DNA of 64,000 bases from Oceanispirochaeta sp. (GTDB taxonomy: Bacteria; Spirochaetota; Spirochaetia; DSM-2461). The position numbers and the translations under genes were made by a program. Below, in pieces: positions 49,457 to 59,003 of the stretch (the stretch's first letter is position 1; every line of letters starts with the position of its first letter). A model generated the notes under the pieces. That model searched no databases and was not told the DNA's origin. It saw only the letters and a program-made list of their open reading frames with translations. The stretch lies in contig CAXXOA010000001.1 in the NCBI GenBank assembly GCA_963666275.2, positions 1,152,001-1,216,000 of the forward strand, given 5' to 3'.

Positions 49457-49829
49457 GGTCTCTCCCGTTAAGGTTCTGAATTTGACTCATCAGATCGGTA
49501 ATAACCTTTTTGTCTGGCAGTTTCTGAATGACATCGAATGCGCCCATATCCATGCATTTCTGAACAGCTTTGGGCTGATAGTCCGCTGTGATTATGACTA
49601 CGGCAGCATTCGGATCCTGACGGAGGATCTCCTCCAGGGCTTCGTACCCGTCCATCACAGGCATGGTCAGATCAAGGAATGTGACATCCGGATGCTCCCT
49701 TCCGTACAATTCCACAGCGATACTGCCGTTTTCAGCTTCCAGAATCTGGGACTGAACATCAAAACTTTTAATCAGGGAGGATATCAGCATTCGTGCAGCC
49801 CTGGAATCATCAACTAGAAGAACTTTCAT
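49440..49829 (-). CDS. Single-domain response regulator (CheY-like)
   Basis: LLVDDS, FLDLTMPVMDG, ITAD, QK. Confidence 0.92.
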   Translation of the reverse strand: MKVLLVDDSRAARMLISSLIKSFDVQSQILEAENGSIAVELYGREHPDVTFLDLTMPVMDGYEALEEILRQDPNAAVVIITADYQPKAVQKCMDMGAFDVIQKLPDKKVITDLMSQIQNLNGRDRDGKK

Positions 49830-50046
49830 TTTAACCCTTCATAAAATTGGTGTGTTCTGCAAAAATTGTTTGCCATTTGAATTATAATTTAGCCCAATAC
49901 GTGAAGCAAATTCTTTTTGAGTGAAAGGGATATATTAAAAGGCTGTTACTTTTTGTTTAATTGATAAAAAAAACTCCATAATGTTTTGAAATCGGACAAC
50001 AAATGATCTATAGTTCTCTTATATTTGACAGAACAGAGGTTTAGTA

Positions 50047-52026
50047 ATGTCGCGTAAAATCACAGTAAAAGAACAGATGCTGTACAGCTTCTCTTTAGTT
50101 ATTATCCTGACCCTATTCGTGGGGTATTCGGGGATACGGGGCATTCGGTCCATCAACTATCAGAATCAGATCCGATCACTCATTTCTCAGGGATTGACCG
50201 ATATCCAGGAAGCCCAGGCCGCTTCTCTCCGGTATGTACTTTATACGGAAGACTTCTACATCGATGAGGTGAACCGGTGGGGTGACAGGGCCCAGGCCGC
50301 CATAATGGAAGCCGAGGGAATGGCGGATTCCCGGGAGATTACAGACGAGTCGGCTGGCATTATCCAGGCGATCAGCAGTTATGTGGATCTGAATAATACC
50401 TATCAGAATCTCGAAAAGGAAATGGAGGAGATCTCATCTCTCAGGGCGGATGCCGCTGCTGTTGTTCTGGAGCAGACCGAGTCGCTGAAAAACCTTGAGC
50501 AGAGAACCGCCGGTGGTGAGGGGACAAGCCGGTCTCTCTCGTATGAACAGCTCCTGTCCCGGGTGTACCGGTTTCACAATTACGCCTATCTCTATATGCT
50601 GGCGACAACAGATGAAGTCCGGGCTGTTGAACTGGAGAACTGGCTGGCTGGTGTGGATGCCAGCGAAGCCATGGTCAGCACTCTCTACGCGGGGGCTGAT
50701 AATGCGATGATTTCCGATTCGCTGAACACCTCCTTAAAGCAGATCCGGATATACAGGGACTCGGTAACAGACTATGTGGAGGTCTATCAGAAACAGATGG
50801 CCCTCCTTCCGGAAATGAAATCCCAGGCGGCGATTGTTATGGAAAGGGGAGAGACCATTGCGGGGTTTGTAGAGTCTGCAGTCAATGCACTGGCCCGAAG
50901 GAATCTTATTCTCACCCTGGGAATTCTGGCTCTGGCGGTTCTGTTCGGCATTACCATCTCTTTTATCATCACCAGATCTCTGACAAAACAGCTGGGAGGG
51001 GAACCTCATGAAATCGAGGATATTTCCGGTCGGATCTCAAGAGGAGATCTGAATATATCCTTTCCTGACCGCAAGCTCACAGGTGTCTATCTTTCCATGA
51101 AGGAGATGACAGGGCAGCTGAGACAGATTGTCAACGATATAAGCGGAGCTGCCGAGCAGGTAAGCCGGGGGAGTGAACAGATCTCTTCATCGGCCCAGGA
51201 AATTTCTTCAGGTACAAGCGAACAGGCTTCCAATATGGAAGAGGTTTCCGCTTCGATAGAGCAGCTGAATGCCAATATCCAGCAGAATACGGACAATGCC
51301 CAGCAGTCCAACAGGATGGCAAGAAAAGTCGCGGAAGACTCCCTGACAGGAAGCCAGGCTGTGGCTGATACTGTCAATGCCATGAAAAATATCGCAGAAA
51401 AAATTTCGGTGATCCAGGATATTGCCAGGAGTACCAATATGCTGGCTCTGAATGCCGCCATAGAAGCGGCCAGGGCGGGCGAAGCCGGTAAGGGATTTGC
51501 TGTTGTTGCCTCTGAGGTCAGGAAGCTGGCTGAAAACAGCGGAGCCGCAGCCAAAGAGATTACCGAGATTACAGACGACAGCGTCAAGAGAGCCGTCGAG
51601 GCCCAGGCTCTGATCGAAGAGTTTGTTCCCTCCATGCAGAAAACCGCAGACCTGGTCGAGGAGATCGCCATGGCCAGCCAGGAACAGAATAAAGGTTCCG
51701 TTCAGATCAATACAGCAGTTGTTCAGCTGGATACTGTCATTCAGCAGAATGCTTCCGCATCGGAAGAACTGGCGTCCATGTCGGAGGAACTCAACTCTCA
51801 GGCTGTCACAATGAAAGAGGCAATCGGGTTTTTCTCATTGAAGGAAAGGAAAGAATCCGCCGGAAAGGCTGATGCTGAAAGGAAAACCTCTTCAGTTCAT
51901 AAAGAAATCAGCTATACGGTGATGGAACCTGAAAAAATCAGACCCCTCAGGGATATTCCCATTATAGAGGAGCAGCCTGCAGAAAACCGGGTTTCAGACT
52001 ATGACAGCAACTTTGAGGAGTTTTGA
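50047..52026 (+). CDS. Methyl-accepting chemotaxis protein (helical periplasmic sensor)
   Basis: 2 [42 protein letters not shown]-terminal pentapeptide NFEEF. Confidence 0.94.
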   Translation: MSRKITVKEQMLYSFSLVIILTLFVGYSGIRGIRSINYQNQIRSLISQGLTDIQEAQAASLRYVLYTEDFYIDEVNRWGDRAQAAIMEAEGMADSREITDESAGIIQAISSYVDLNNTYQNLEKEMEEISSLRADAAAVVLEQTESLKNLEQRTAGGEGTSRSLSYEQLLSRVYRFHNYAYLYMLATTDEVRAVELENWLAGVDASEAMVSTLYAGADNAMISDSLNTSLKQIRIYRDSVTDYVEVYQKQMALLPEMKSQAAIVMERGETIAGFVESAVNALARRNLILTLGILALAVLFGITISFIITRSLTKQLGGEPHEIEDISGRISRGDLNISFPDRKLTGVYLSMKEMTGQLRQIVNDISGAAEQVSRGSEQISSSAQEISSGTSEQASNMEEVSASIEQLNANIQQNTDNAQQSNRMARKVAEDSLTGSQAVADTVNAMKNIAEKISVIQDIARSTNMLALNAAIEAARAGEAGKGFAVVASEVRKLAENSGAAAKEITEITDDSVKRAVEAQALIEEFVPSMQKTADLVEEIAMASQEQNKGSVQINTAVVQLDTVIQQNASASEELASMSEELNSQAVTMKEAIGFFSLKERKESAGKADAERKTSSVHKEISYTVMEPEKIRPLRDIPIIEEQPAENRVSDYDSNFEEF

Positions 52027-52084
52027 ATTTTTTCCCGCTCCGGCCGCTGAAGATGAACCGTGAATTATGATATACTCCCTGGCT

Positions 52085-52831
52085 ATGGAACAGAATAATA
52101 ATAGATACACGGAAAAATTCAAAATACACTCTTATGAAGTAGATGTCACCAACACAGCCACTCTGCCGGCTATCTGCCAGTTTCTCCAGGAAGTGGCTTC
52201 CAATCATGCGGAACAGCTGGGATTCGGAGTCTCCTGGCTCCTTGAAAACCAGAGGACCTGGATGCTTTCCCGGATGGTTGTCAAAATGGATTCCTTTCCC
52301 CGGGTGGGGGAGGAAATCCTTGTGAATACCTGGCCTTCCGGGACTGACCGTCTGCTCTTTCTCAGGGACTTTTCCATTGAAAGAGCATCTGGGGAGGTTC
52401 TGGGGCGGGCCGTCAGCAGCTGGGTTTATATGAATCTGGAATCCAGAAGACCCGTACATCCCTCTTCGAAAGAGTTTGAGTATGACTTTTCCGGGACCGG
52501 GGAGAGAGCCATTGATATAAACCCCGGAAAGGTTCCTGTCCTGGCGGATGAAGTGGAGAAAGGGGCTTTCCGTGTCCGGTTCAATGATCTTGATATGAAC
52601 AATCATGTGAACAATATCAAATATATCGAATGGCTGATGGAGAGTGTTGATCCTGATTACAGACGAGTCAACAGACCGGTGGATCTCTCTGTCAATTTCC
52701 TGGCCGAAGCCCTTTACGGACAGGATGTCTCTGTCCATGCCGCGGGAACCGGGGAGTTCTCCCACTGCGTCAGAGACAGGGAGGGCAATGATATCTGCCG
52801 CGCGGAAAGCAGCTGGATTCCTGTAGTATAG
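52085..52831 (+). CDS. Acyl-ACP thioesterase (FatA/B-like)
   Basis: QEVASNHA..LG, DLDMNNHVNN..Y..W. Confidence 0.9.
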   Translation: MEQNNNRYTEKFKIHSYEVDVTNTATLPAICQFLQEVASNHAEQLGFGVSWLLENQRTWMLSRMVVKMDSFPRVGEEILVNTWPSGTDRLLFLRDFSIERASGEVLGRAVSSWVYMNLESRRPVHPSSKEFEYDFSGTGERAIDINPGKVPVLADEVEKGAFRVRFNDLDMNNHVNNIKYIEWLMESVDPDYRRVNRPVDLSVNFLAEALYGQDVSVHAAGTGEFSHCVRDREGNDICRAESSWIPVV

Positions 52832-52935
52832 ACGTATTCCTTGTCAGCTCTTTCTGTTTTTCCTGAAAAGTATTAGATGAAGTTCTTAGGGGGAACTATA
52901 ATTTTTCTGGATGGGCAGAGGAAAAGGAGGGAGAA

Positions 52936-53988
52936 TTGAGAAGGGGACATTTTATACTATCATTCTTTATTCTTATCAGCCTTCCCTCTCTCTACGGGAA
53001 TGAAGCGCTGCCGGGCCGGCCTGCCGGCGTCTCCGGGAATCTCCCGGAGGTAAAGGAATTCCCTCTCTGGATCATCCATGCTCTCCTTGTTCTCTTTCTG
53101 CTGCTTATTGTCCTGATTCTCTATTTCCGGATCCACAGGAAAAGGCTGGAACTTGAAAAACAGGCTCTCGCCCGGAAGGCGGAAGAACTGGAGACAGAGC
53201 TGGAGATAATGTCCCGGCAGCTTGAGAATACATCAGAAAAACTGATCCACTCGGAAGAGCAGTCTCTCGTGTCCAGGCTTGTGACAGGAATTGCCCATGA
53301 AGTCAATACTCCTATGGGAGTGGTTCTCACCTCTCTGACCTACAATAAGGAACTTCTCTCGGATATAGAAAAGCTTTATGCGGTAAACGATCTGGGGGCA
53401 GTGGATTTTGATAAATTTCTTAAAAGCTCCGGCGAATCCCTGGATATCTGCCTTATGAATGTTCACAGGGCTATCGAGCTGATCAGGAACTTTAAAAATA
53501 TTTCCGCCGAACAGATCCGGGATGATATGTGCGTTGTGAATCTGAAAGATCATACGGAAAATCTGATCCTTGCTCTGTATCCCGAACTGAAAAAAACAAG
53601 GATCAAAGTTCATACGAATCTTGCGGACCGGATTGTCCAGACCTATCCGGGGGCTCTGAATCATATCATTGTCAATCTTATCCTCAATTCTCTGAATCAC
53701 GGCTTTGATCCGGGGGAAGAGGGCGATATCTATATCAGTTTCCTTAAAAAGGGGGGAGACTGCCGTATTCTGTATTCTGACAACGGGAAGGGAATCCTCC
53801 GGGAGAACATTCATAAAATTTTCGACCCCTTTTATACGACAGGAAGGGAAAAAGGAAATACCGGCCTGGGGCTGAGTATTCTCAAAAATGTCCTGACCGA
53901 AAAATTGAACGGAAGGGTACAGGCGAGAACAGAACCGGGAAGGTATACCTGCTTCGACATAACCTTTCCGGTCCACCGGATCAGCTGA
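52936..53988 (+). CDS. Sensor histidine kinase (orphan)
   Basis: H-box GIAHEVNTP, N-box NLILNS..HGF, DNGKG, FDPFYTT, GTGLGL-like G2. Confidence 0.9.
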   Translation: MRRGHFILSFFILISLPSLYGNEALPGRPAGVSGNLPEVKEFPLWIIHALLVLFLLLIVLILYFRIHRKRLELEKQALARKAEELETELEIMSRQLENTSEKLIHSEEQSLVSRLVTGIAHEVNTPMGVVLTSLTYNKELLSDIEKLYAVNDLGAVDFDKFLKSSGESLDICLMNVHRAIELIRNFKNISAEQIRDDMCVVNLKDHTENLILALYPELKKTRIKVHTNLADRIVQTYPGALNHIIVNLILNSLNHGFDPGEEGDIYISFLKKGGDCRILYSDNGKGILRENIHKIFDPFYTTGREKGNTGLGLSILKNVLTEKLNGRVQARTEPGRYTCFDITFPVHRIS

Positions 53989-54460
53989 GGTCCCCCGGTC
54001 TGATAATCCTGAGATCCCGTACGTCCAGAGAGTCCTTATTTTCCCGGAGAGTGAGTATGACAGCGCAGCAGGTCGGCATGGCTATGTCTCTCTCCGCCAG
54101 GAGCGAAGCGAATATACTGATTCCGGGATTGTGGGCATAGAGATAGAGCGTTTCAGACTGACCGATCCTTTTTGTAACGGCTATTTCCAGATCTTCCGGA
54201 CTTCCCAGGTACAGTGAGGGGATCTGATCAATCCTTTCGGGATCAAAAGCGAACACCTCCGACATGATCGACGCCGTTGTGAGCGCTCTGTTGGCCGGGC
54301 TTGTAAGGATAAGATCAGGAAGCAGACCCAGATCTTTCAGCTCCCGGGCCATCCTCGGAGCATCTTTCAGGCCTCTTTTGTTCAGAGGTCTGTCAAAATC
54401 GGAAAGGGCGGGAGTGGACCAGTCAGATTTGGCGTGACGGACAAGGACCAGAGTTTTCAT
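53981..54460 (-). CDS. sixA: SixA-family histidine phosphatase
   Basis: LVRHAKSDW, DFDRPLN.RG, SPA.RA..T, HNP. Confidence 0.85.
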   Translation of the reverse strand: MKTLVLVRHAKSDWSTPALSDFDRPLNKRGLKDAPRMARELKDLGLLPDLILTSPANRALTTASIMSEVFAFDPERIDQIPSLYLGSPEDLEIAVTKRIGQSETLYLYAHNPGISIFASLLAERDIAMPTCCAVILTLRENKDSLDVRDLRIIRPGDLS

Positions 54461-54867
54461 TCCTGAGAATCCTTCTGCTGCTCTTTCTGCCGTTTCTCCA
54501 TTGCATTGATCTGTCTTTCAATTTTGTTGACCTTGAATTCGATGGAGTTGAGGATCCAGAACTGAAAGTGATTCACCTTCTGGGATGTATACATCATCCA
54601 GACAATCTTGATGGATAAAATGAGTAAACCTACCTCAAGAGAGACAAAAGGCGGGAGCCAGTGGGTTGTGACCTCAAGGGTGAAAAAGAGCAGAACAATC
54701 GTCAGGAACAGGATATTGATAAGGTTTTCCTTTTTGTGTGAGAGCTGCCCGCCCAGGCTGCCAAGGAGCTTTTTCACCCGTTCTTTTTCTTTTTTGAACT
54801 CTTCGAGTTCCCGGGCTAATTCCCTTTCTCTTTCTGTCTGAGGAATCTGGTCGCCATGCATTGCCAT
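54457..54867 (-). CDS. Hypothetical 2-TM coiled-coil protein
   Basis: AAGGAG SD; coiled coil, 2 TM, HFQFWILNSIEF; translationally coupled to sixA. Confidence 0.75.
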   Translation of the reverse strand: MAMHGDQIPQTERERELARELEEFKKEKERVKKLLGSLGGQLSHKKENLINILFLTIVLLFFTLEVTTHWLPPFVSLEVGLLILSIKIVWMMYTSQKVNHFQFWILNSIEFKVNKIERQINAMEKRQKEQQKDSQE

Positions 54868-54952
54868 AACACTCCTTGTGTCTATTTCAATTATAGTTAA
54901 TTTATTATGATAGCAGAGGTAAAAAAAAAAATCATCCCCGCGGGAGTTTCTG

Positions 54953-54981
54953 TTGACTCTCCTATCTTATCTCTATATTAT
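54953..54981 (+). promoter_or_regulatory. Sigma70 promoter of rpsD
   Basis: TTGACT-N17-TATTAT. Confidence 0.7.
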
Positions 54982-55035
54982 GTTGCCCTGACGCACTTTA
55001 AAAGTGTGTAATATTTTTTAGGAGTATGTAAAGTA

Positions 55036-55653
55036 ATGGCAAGAAATTCCACCTCAAGAGGAAAAGTTGTCCGCCGTCTCGGTGTCAATATTTACGGTAA
55101 CAGTAAATATGATAGATTACTTAAGAAGAAACCTCATACTCCCGGTACGGAAAAAGGCAAACGTATCCGGAAGAAAGAGAGTGACTTCGGTAAACAGCTG
55201 GCGGAAAAGCAGAAAATCAGATTTGCTTACGGAATGAGCGAGAAACAGTTTTTTAACCTGTTTCTGAGAGCAAAAGGTATGTCCGGACTGACCGGTGATA
55301 ACATGATGATCCTTCTGGAAAGAAGACTCGATAATGTTGTCTACAGACTGGGAATGGCTGGAACCAGAGCTCAGGCCCGTCAGATGGTAAGCCATGGACA
55401 TGTAAGCGTTAACGGACATCGTTGTAATATTCCTTCAAGAACTCTTCGTGAGGGTGATGAAATCACTATCAAAGAGAATGACAGAAGTAAAAAACTGGTA
55501 CGTGAGTGCCTGTCTTCCAGCAATCAGGCTGTTCCTGTATGGCTGACAATGTCTGAAGACAGTCTGAAAGGGAGAGTCGAAAGAAGCCCCTACAGAACTG
55601 ATATCGCCAGTGTTGCAAACGAACAGATGGTTGTTGAGTTCTACTCTAAATAA
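55036..55653 (+). CDS. rpsD: 30S ribosomal protein S4
   Basis: QL.EKQK.RF.YG..EKQF, LE.RLDNVVYRLG, ARQ.V.HGH, VVEFYSK. Confidence 0.97.
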   Translation: MARNSTSRGKVVRRLGVNIYGNSKYDRLLKKKPHTPGTEKGKRIRKKESDFGKQLAEKQKIRFAYGMSEKQFFNLFLRAKGMSGLTGDNMMILLERRLDNVVYRLGMAGTRAQARQMVSHGHVSVNGHRCNIPSRTLREGDEITIKENDRSKKLVRECLSSSNQAVPVWLTMSEDSLKGRVERSPYRTDIASVANEQMVVEFYSK

Positions 55654-55672
55654 TCCTTCTGTGCTTTTTTAC

Positions 55673-55702
55673 AAAACCCGGTTTTTTACCGGGTTTTTTT
55701 TT
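55673..55702 (+). terminator. Intrinsic terminator of rpsD
   Basis: AAAACCCGGT-loop-ACCGGGTTTT with long T run. Confidence 0.85.
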
Positions 55703-55802
55703 GGCTTTTTTTTTCGGTGAATGGTACCGGCCCGGCGGCGGGGATTTTACAAGAATGGAAAATGGTATAAAATTGCTCAGGAAAAGTAGGGGATAATAAA
55801 CT

Positions 55803-56171
55803 ATGAACTGCGTTGTAAAAAGACAGGAAGTCATCCTATTTGAGCATGACGGAAACTGGCTTCATCCTCTGTTTGCCCTGGAGGATTTTCTTGCCGGGGA
55901 GAATCTGAAAGCAGATGATCTTTCTCTGGAAGACAAACTGATAGGCCGGGGGGCGGCCATTCTCATAGCCCGCATGGGGATTAAGAGATGTCATGGCAGG
56001 GTGGTCAGCAGAAAAGCCCTTCCTGTGGCTGAAAAGTATAACATCACACTGACATGGGACAGTCTGGTGGACACTCTTTCCTGTCAGACCGAGCAGGTCC
56101 TGACGGAGGATATGTCTTTAGAGGAATCCTACAGAGAACTTGCCCGTCGGGCCGGCAGGACTGGACTTTGA
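55803..56171 (+). CDS. DUF1893 family protein
   Basis: L.PL...DK.IGR.AA...VS..A...C..E pattern. Confidence 0.75.
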   Translation: MNCVVKRQEVILFEHDGNWLHPLFALEDFLAGENLKADDLSLEDKLIGRGAAILIARMGIKRCHGRVVSRKALPVAEKYNITLTWDSLVDTLSCQTEQVLTEDMSLEESYRELARRAGRTGL

Positions 56172-56848
56172 AGGATAAAACAATACTGGAAATCGAAGGA
56201 CTCGGAGTCTACCGGAATACAAGACTGGTTCTGAGTTCTCTGGATATGACGATCCGATGCGGAGAGGCTGTTCTTCTGACAGGGCCCAACGGCTGCGGTA
56301 AAACCACTCTGCTCCGGACGGTGGCCGGTTTCCTCTCACAGACTCAGGGGAGTATCCGGATTATGGGAATGGATAATCTCGGCAGGGAGTGGAGGAAAAA
56401 CCGTCACCTCCTTTCCTATGTACCCCAGGAGGAGCTAATCTCTCCCTTTCCCGTTTCTGTGGAGGAAATGGCGGCTATGGGAACCGCCGCACTGCGTCTG
56501 ACGCCGGGAGAGAGGAAAAAGCGGGTTCATACCGCTCTGGAGGTGACAGGCTGTCTGGGCCTGAAGGACAGGAACTTTTTTACCCTCTCGGGAGGAGAAA
56601 AAAGGCGGACCGCCCTGGCCCGCTGCCTCTGTCAGAATTCCCATATCCTCCTTCTGGATGAGCCCATGACCTATCTGGACCGGGATGCCCGTGTGAATTT
56701 CCTGGGCGTTCTTGACCATATTCGCCGGGAGTACAGAATTACAGTTCTCATGGTAAGCCATATGGAGGAGAATATGGATCCCAATGACTGGAGACGGATC
56801 CGCTTTCATGACGGGGCGCTGCTGGAAGAGGGAGGACAGAATGTTTGA
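56168..56848 (+). CDS. Metal ABC transporter ATPase (ZnuC/MntA-like)
   Basis: GPNGCGKTT, YVPQ, FPVSV, LSGGE, LLDEP; TTG start overlapping the DUF1893 stop. Confidence 0.85.
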   Translation: MKDKTILEIEGLGVYRNTRLVLSSLDMTIRCGEAVLLTGPNGCGKTTLLRTVAGFLSQTQGSIRIMGMDNLGREWRKNRHLLSYVPQEELISPFPVSVEEMAAMGTAALRLTPGERKKRVHTALEVTGCLGLKDRNFFTLSGGEKRRTALARCLCQNSHILLLDEPMTYLDRDARVNFLGVLDHIRREYRITVLMVSHMEENMDPNDWRRIRFHDGALLEEGGQNV

Positions 56849-57653
56849 GCTGCTGACCTTTCCTCCTGTTCTGAGGGGATTCCTCTCCCTGCTGGCTGCG
56901 GGGGTCTGTTTTCCCCTGACAGGGATATTCATTCTCAGGCTGAACCTTCTGAATATGCGGTTTATGCTGATGCACGGTGTTATGCTGGCAGGGGCTGTGG
57001 CCCTTTCGTTCTCTTTTGATCCCCTGCTGACAGCCGTGGGGGTCAATACCGCCCTGGTTCTGCTCATAACAGTCATGGCCCGCTCTTCCCGTCTGCCCAC
57101 GGGAGGGCTGACAACTTTTTTTATGGTTCTCTGCGTAGGGGTGGCGATGATCCTGATTTATAAAAGCCGTGTCCCTGTCCAGGATACTATGAATCTCCTC
57201 TGGGGAAGTATCTTCGCCCTGACTCCCCGGGACAGCCGGCTGCTCCTGTTTTTCTGCCTGGTGATCCTCCTTTTCGTTTTCTTCCGATACAGGCAGATCG
57301 GAGCTGTGCTTATTGATCCCGAACTGGCCAGATCCAGCGGTGTGGAAGAACCTTTCCTTTTCTATTCCATTATGATCCTGACTGGTCTGACTATCGCCTT
57401 TGCCATGCGCCTTGTGGGGGCCCTCCTTCTGGATGCCCTGGTTCTTCTGCCGGCCATGACCGCCGTCTATTTTGCCAAATCCATGAAAAGCATGTTCCTG
57501 ACGGCGTCTCTTACAGGTTTTATCTTCAGTCTCGCCGGGTTTTTTCTGGCGCTGAAAATTGATATTCCAGTCAGTTCCGGAGTCATACTGGTTGCCGGTG
57601 TGATATTCGGTGCAACATTTCTAACGAGGTATTTATATGAAAAAAACAATTAA
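56841..57653 (+). CDS. Metal ABC transporter permease (ZnuB-like)
   Basis: H..L.G, L.GSI, D.ELA...G, VGALL..AL..LPA; GGAGG SD. Confidence 0.88.
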   Translation: MFELLTFPPVLRGFLSLLAAGVCFPLTGIFILRLNLLNMRFMLMHGVMLAGAVALSFSFDPLLTAVGVNTALVLLITVMARSSRLPTGGLTTFFMVLCVGVAMILIYKSRVPVQDTMNLLWGSIFALTPRDSRLLLFFCLVILLFVFFRYRQIGAVLIDPELARSSGVEEPFLFYSIMILTGLTIAFAMRLVGALLLDALVLLPAMTAVYFAKSMKSMFLTASLTGFIFSLAGFFLALKIDIPVSSGVILVAGVIFGATFLTRYLYEKNN

Positions 57654-58389
57654 ATGTGTCTCTTTTGTGCTGTTCCTGATGGCGGGAACCATCCTTTGTG
57701 CCCAGAGTCCCCGTCTGATTGCCACCAACGGCTGGACAGCCGCTTTTGCCGAACTGGCGGGAGCGGACAATATGGAAGTTCTGGCTCCCTACGATATGAA
57801 ACATCCGCCGGAATACGAAATCTCTCTGGCAGAGCTTCAGAAGGTCTCCCGCGCGGATTTTCTTGTATTTGCCGGTTATGAGACCATGATGAAGAGGATT
57901 AAAGAGTCTATGGGAGACAGCAGCTCAGTCACTCTCATTCAGGTAGATACCGTCAACAGCTATCCTGTGATTGCCGCATCAGTGAGAAAGATTGCCGGAG
58001 AACTGGGAACGGTAGAGGCCGCAGAGGCAAACCTTGCTGAACTGAAATCCTTTCTGGACGACTGGAAGAGGGAGCTGGTTTCAGAAGACCTGATGAAAAA
58101 TATCATTGTCCACTTTCACCAGCAGGGACCGGCAAAATCTCTGGGCCTGGAGCCCGCAATGGTTTTCGGTCCCGCTCCCGCCAGTCTGAATCAGATCCGG
58201 GATGTGCTTGGCATCAAACCTTCTGTGATCATCGACAACTATCATAACCCCCAGGCCGCCCCTTTTCTGGAGCAGACACCTGCTCCTGCGGTGGTTCAGT
58301 GGATCAATTTTCCCGGTACCGCCGGAACCCGTTCCCTGCTGGATGTTATGAAGTACAACAGGGAGCAGCTTGACAAGATCCTTAACTGA
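57637..58389 (+). CDS. Putative metal ABC substrate-binding protein (short, atypical)
   Basis: Signal peptide; KHPPEYE resembles the cluster A-I H.YEP motif; AD..V..GYE; operon context. Confidence 0.7.
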   Translation: MKKTIKCVSFVLFLMAGTILCAQSPRLIATNGWTAAFAELAGADNMEVLAPYDMKHPPEYEISLAELQKVSRADFLVFAGYETMMKRIKESMGDSSSVTLIQVDTVNSYPVIAASVRKIAGELGTVEAAEANLAELKSFLDDWKRELVSEDLMKNIIVHFHQQGPAKSLGLEPAMVFGPAPASLNQIRDVLGIKPSVIIDNYHNPQAAPFLEQTPAPAVVQWINFPGTAGTRSLLDVMKYNREQLDKILN

Positions 58390-58948
58390 GGGGATCCCGG
58401 TTTTCCCAGGTGTTGTAGCAGACAACTTCGGAAAGAGGTCTCCTGGAACGGGGGGCCTCTTCTGCCGCTCTGTGTTTTTCGTTTAATCCTTCGGGACTGC
58501 CAGGGTAACCCAGAATAATGAGAGTCAGAAGGGTGTAATTTTCTGAAATACCCAGATCCCGTCTTAGTTCCGGAGCTTCGAATCCGGCAATGGGATGGGA
58601 GACAAGTCCTTCTTTCTGGGCCTGAAGCTGCAGATTCATACAGGCCATTCCGGTGTCGAAAAAGGCATAATCCCTGTTTCCGGACAGTCGGGCATCCAGG
58701 TCTTCTCTTGTGACAACTGCTATAACAAGAGGGCTTTCCAGGGCCCAGTAATTGCCGCCGGAAAAGTGTTTCCTCGCTATATCCAGGGTCTCTTTTCTAT
58801 TCAGTACAAGAAAGCGCCATGGCTGTTTGTTGGCACAGCTGGGAGCCAGTACGGCCGCTTCCATAAGGCGTTCAATAATAACTTCACCAACCGGTTTGCC
58901 GGAGATGGCCCGAAGGGCTCTCCGTTCGTTTACTTCTTTCAATATCAT
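58382..58948 (-). CDS. Nitroreductase family protein
   Basis: RRALR, APSCANKQPWRF, DTG.A..NL.LQA...GL. Confidence 0.92.
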   Translation of the reverse strand: MILKEVNERRALRAISGKPVGEVIIERLMEAAVLAPSCANKQPWRFLVLNRKETLDIARKHFSGGNYWALESPLVIAVVTREDLDARLSGNRDYAFFDTGMACMNLQLQAQKEGLVSHPIAGFEAPELRRDLGISENYTLLTLIILGYPGSPEGLNEKHRAAEEAPRSRRPLSEVVCYNTWENRDPLS

Positions 58949-58954
58949 AACACT

Positions 58955-58983
58955 ATCATAATAACTAATTAGTTATATATCAA
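58955..58983 (-). promoter_or_regulatory. Nitroreductase promoter with palindromic operator in the spacer
   Basis: TTGATA-N17-TATGAT; perfect 16-bp palindrome ATAACTAATTAGTTAT at 58961-58976. Confidence 0.7.
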
Positions 58984-59003
58984 GATTACCCTCCCTTTTC
59001 GAT

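Noticed and set aside
55036..55653. rpsD as a Zur-regulated zinc-free paralogue linked to the metal ABC operon
   Set aside because: A strong terminator separates them, no Zur box was seen, and stand-alone S4 is usual in spirochaetes; would need a second rpsD copy
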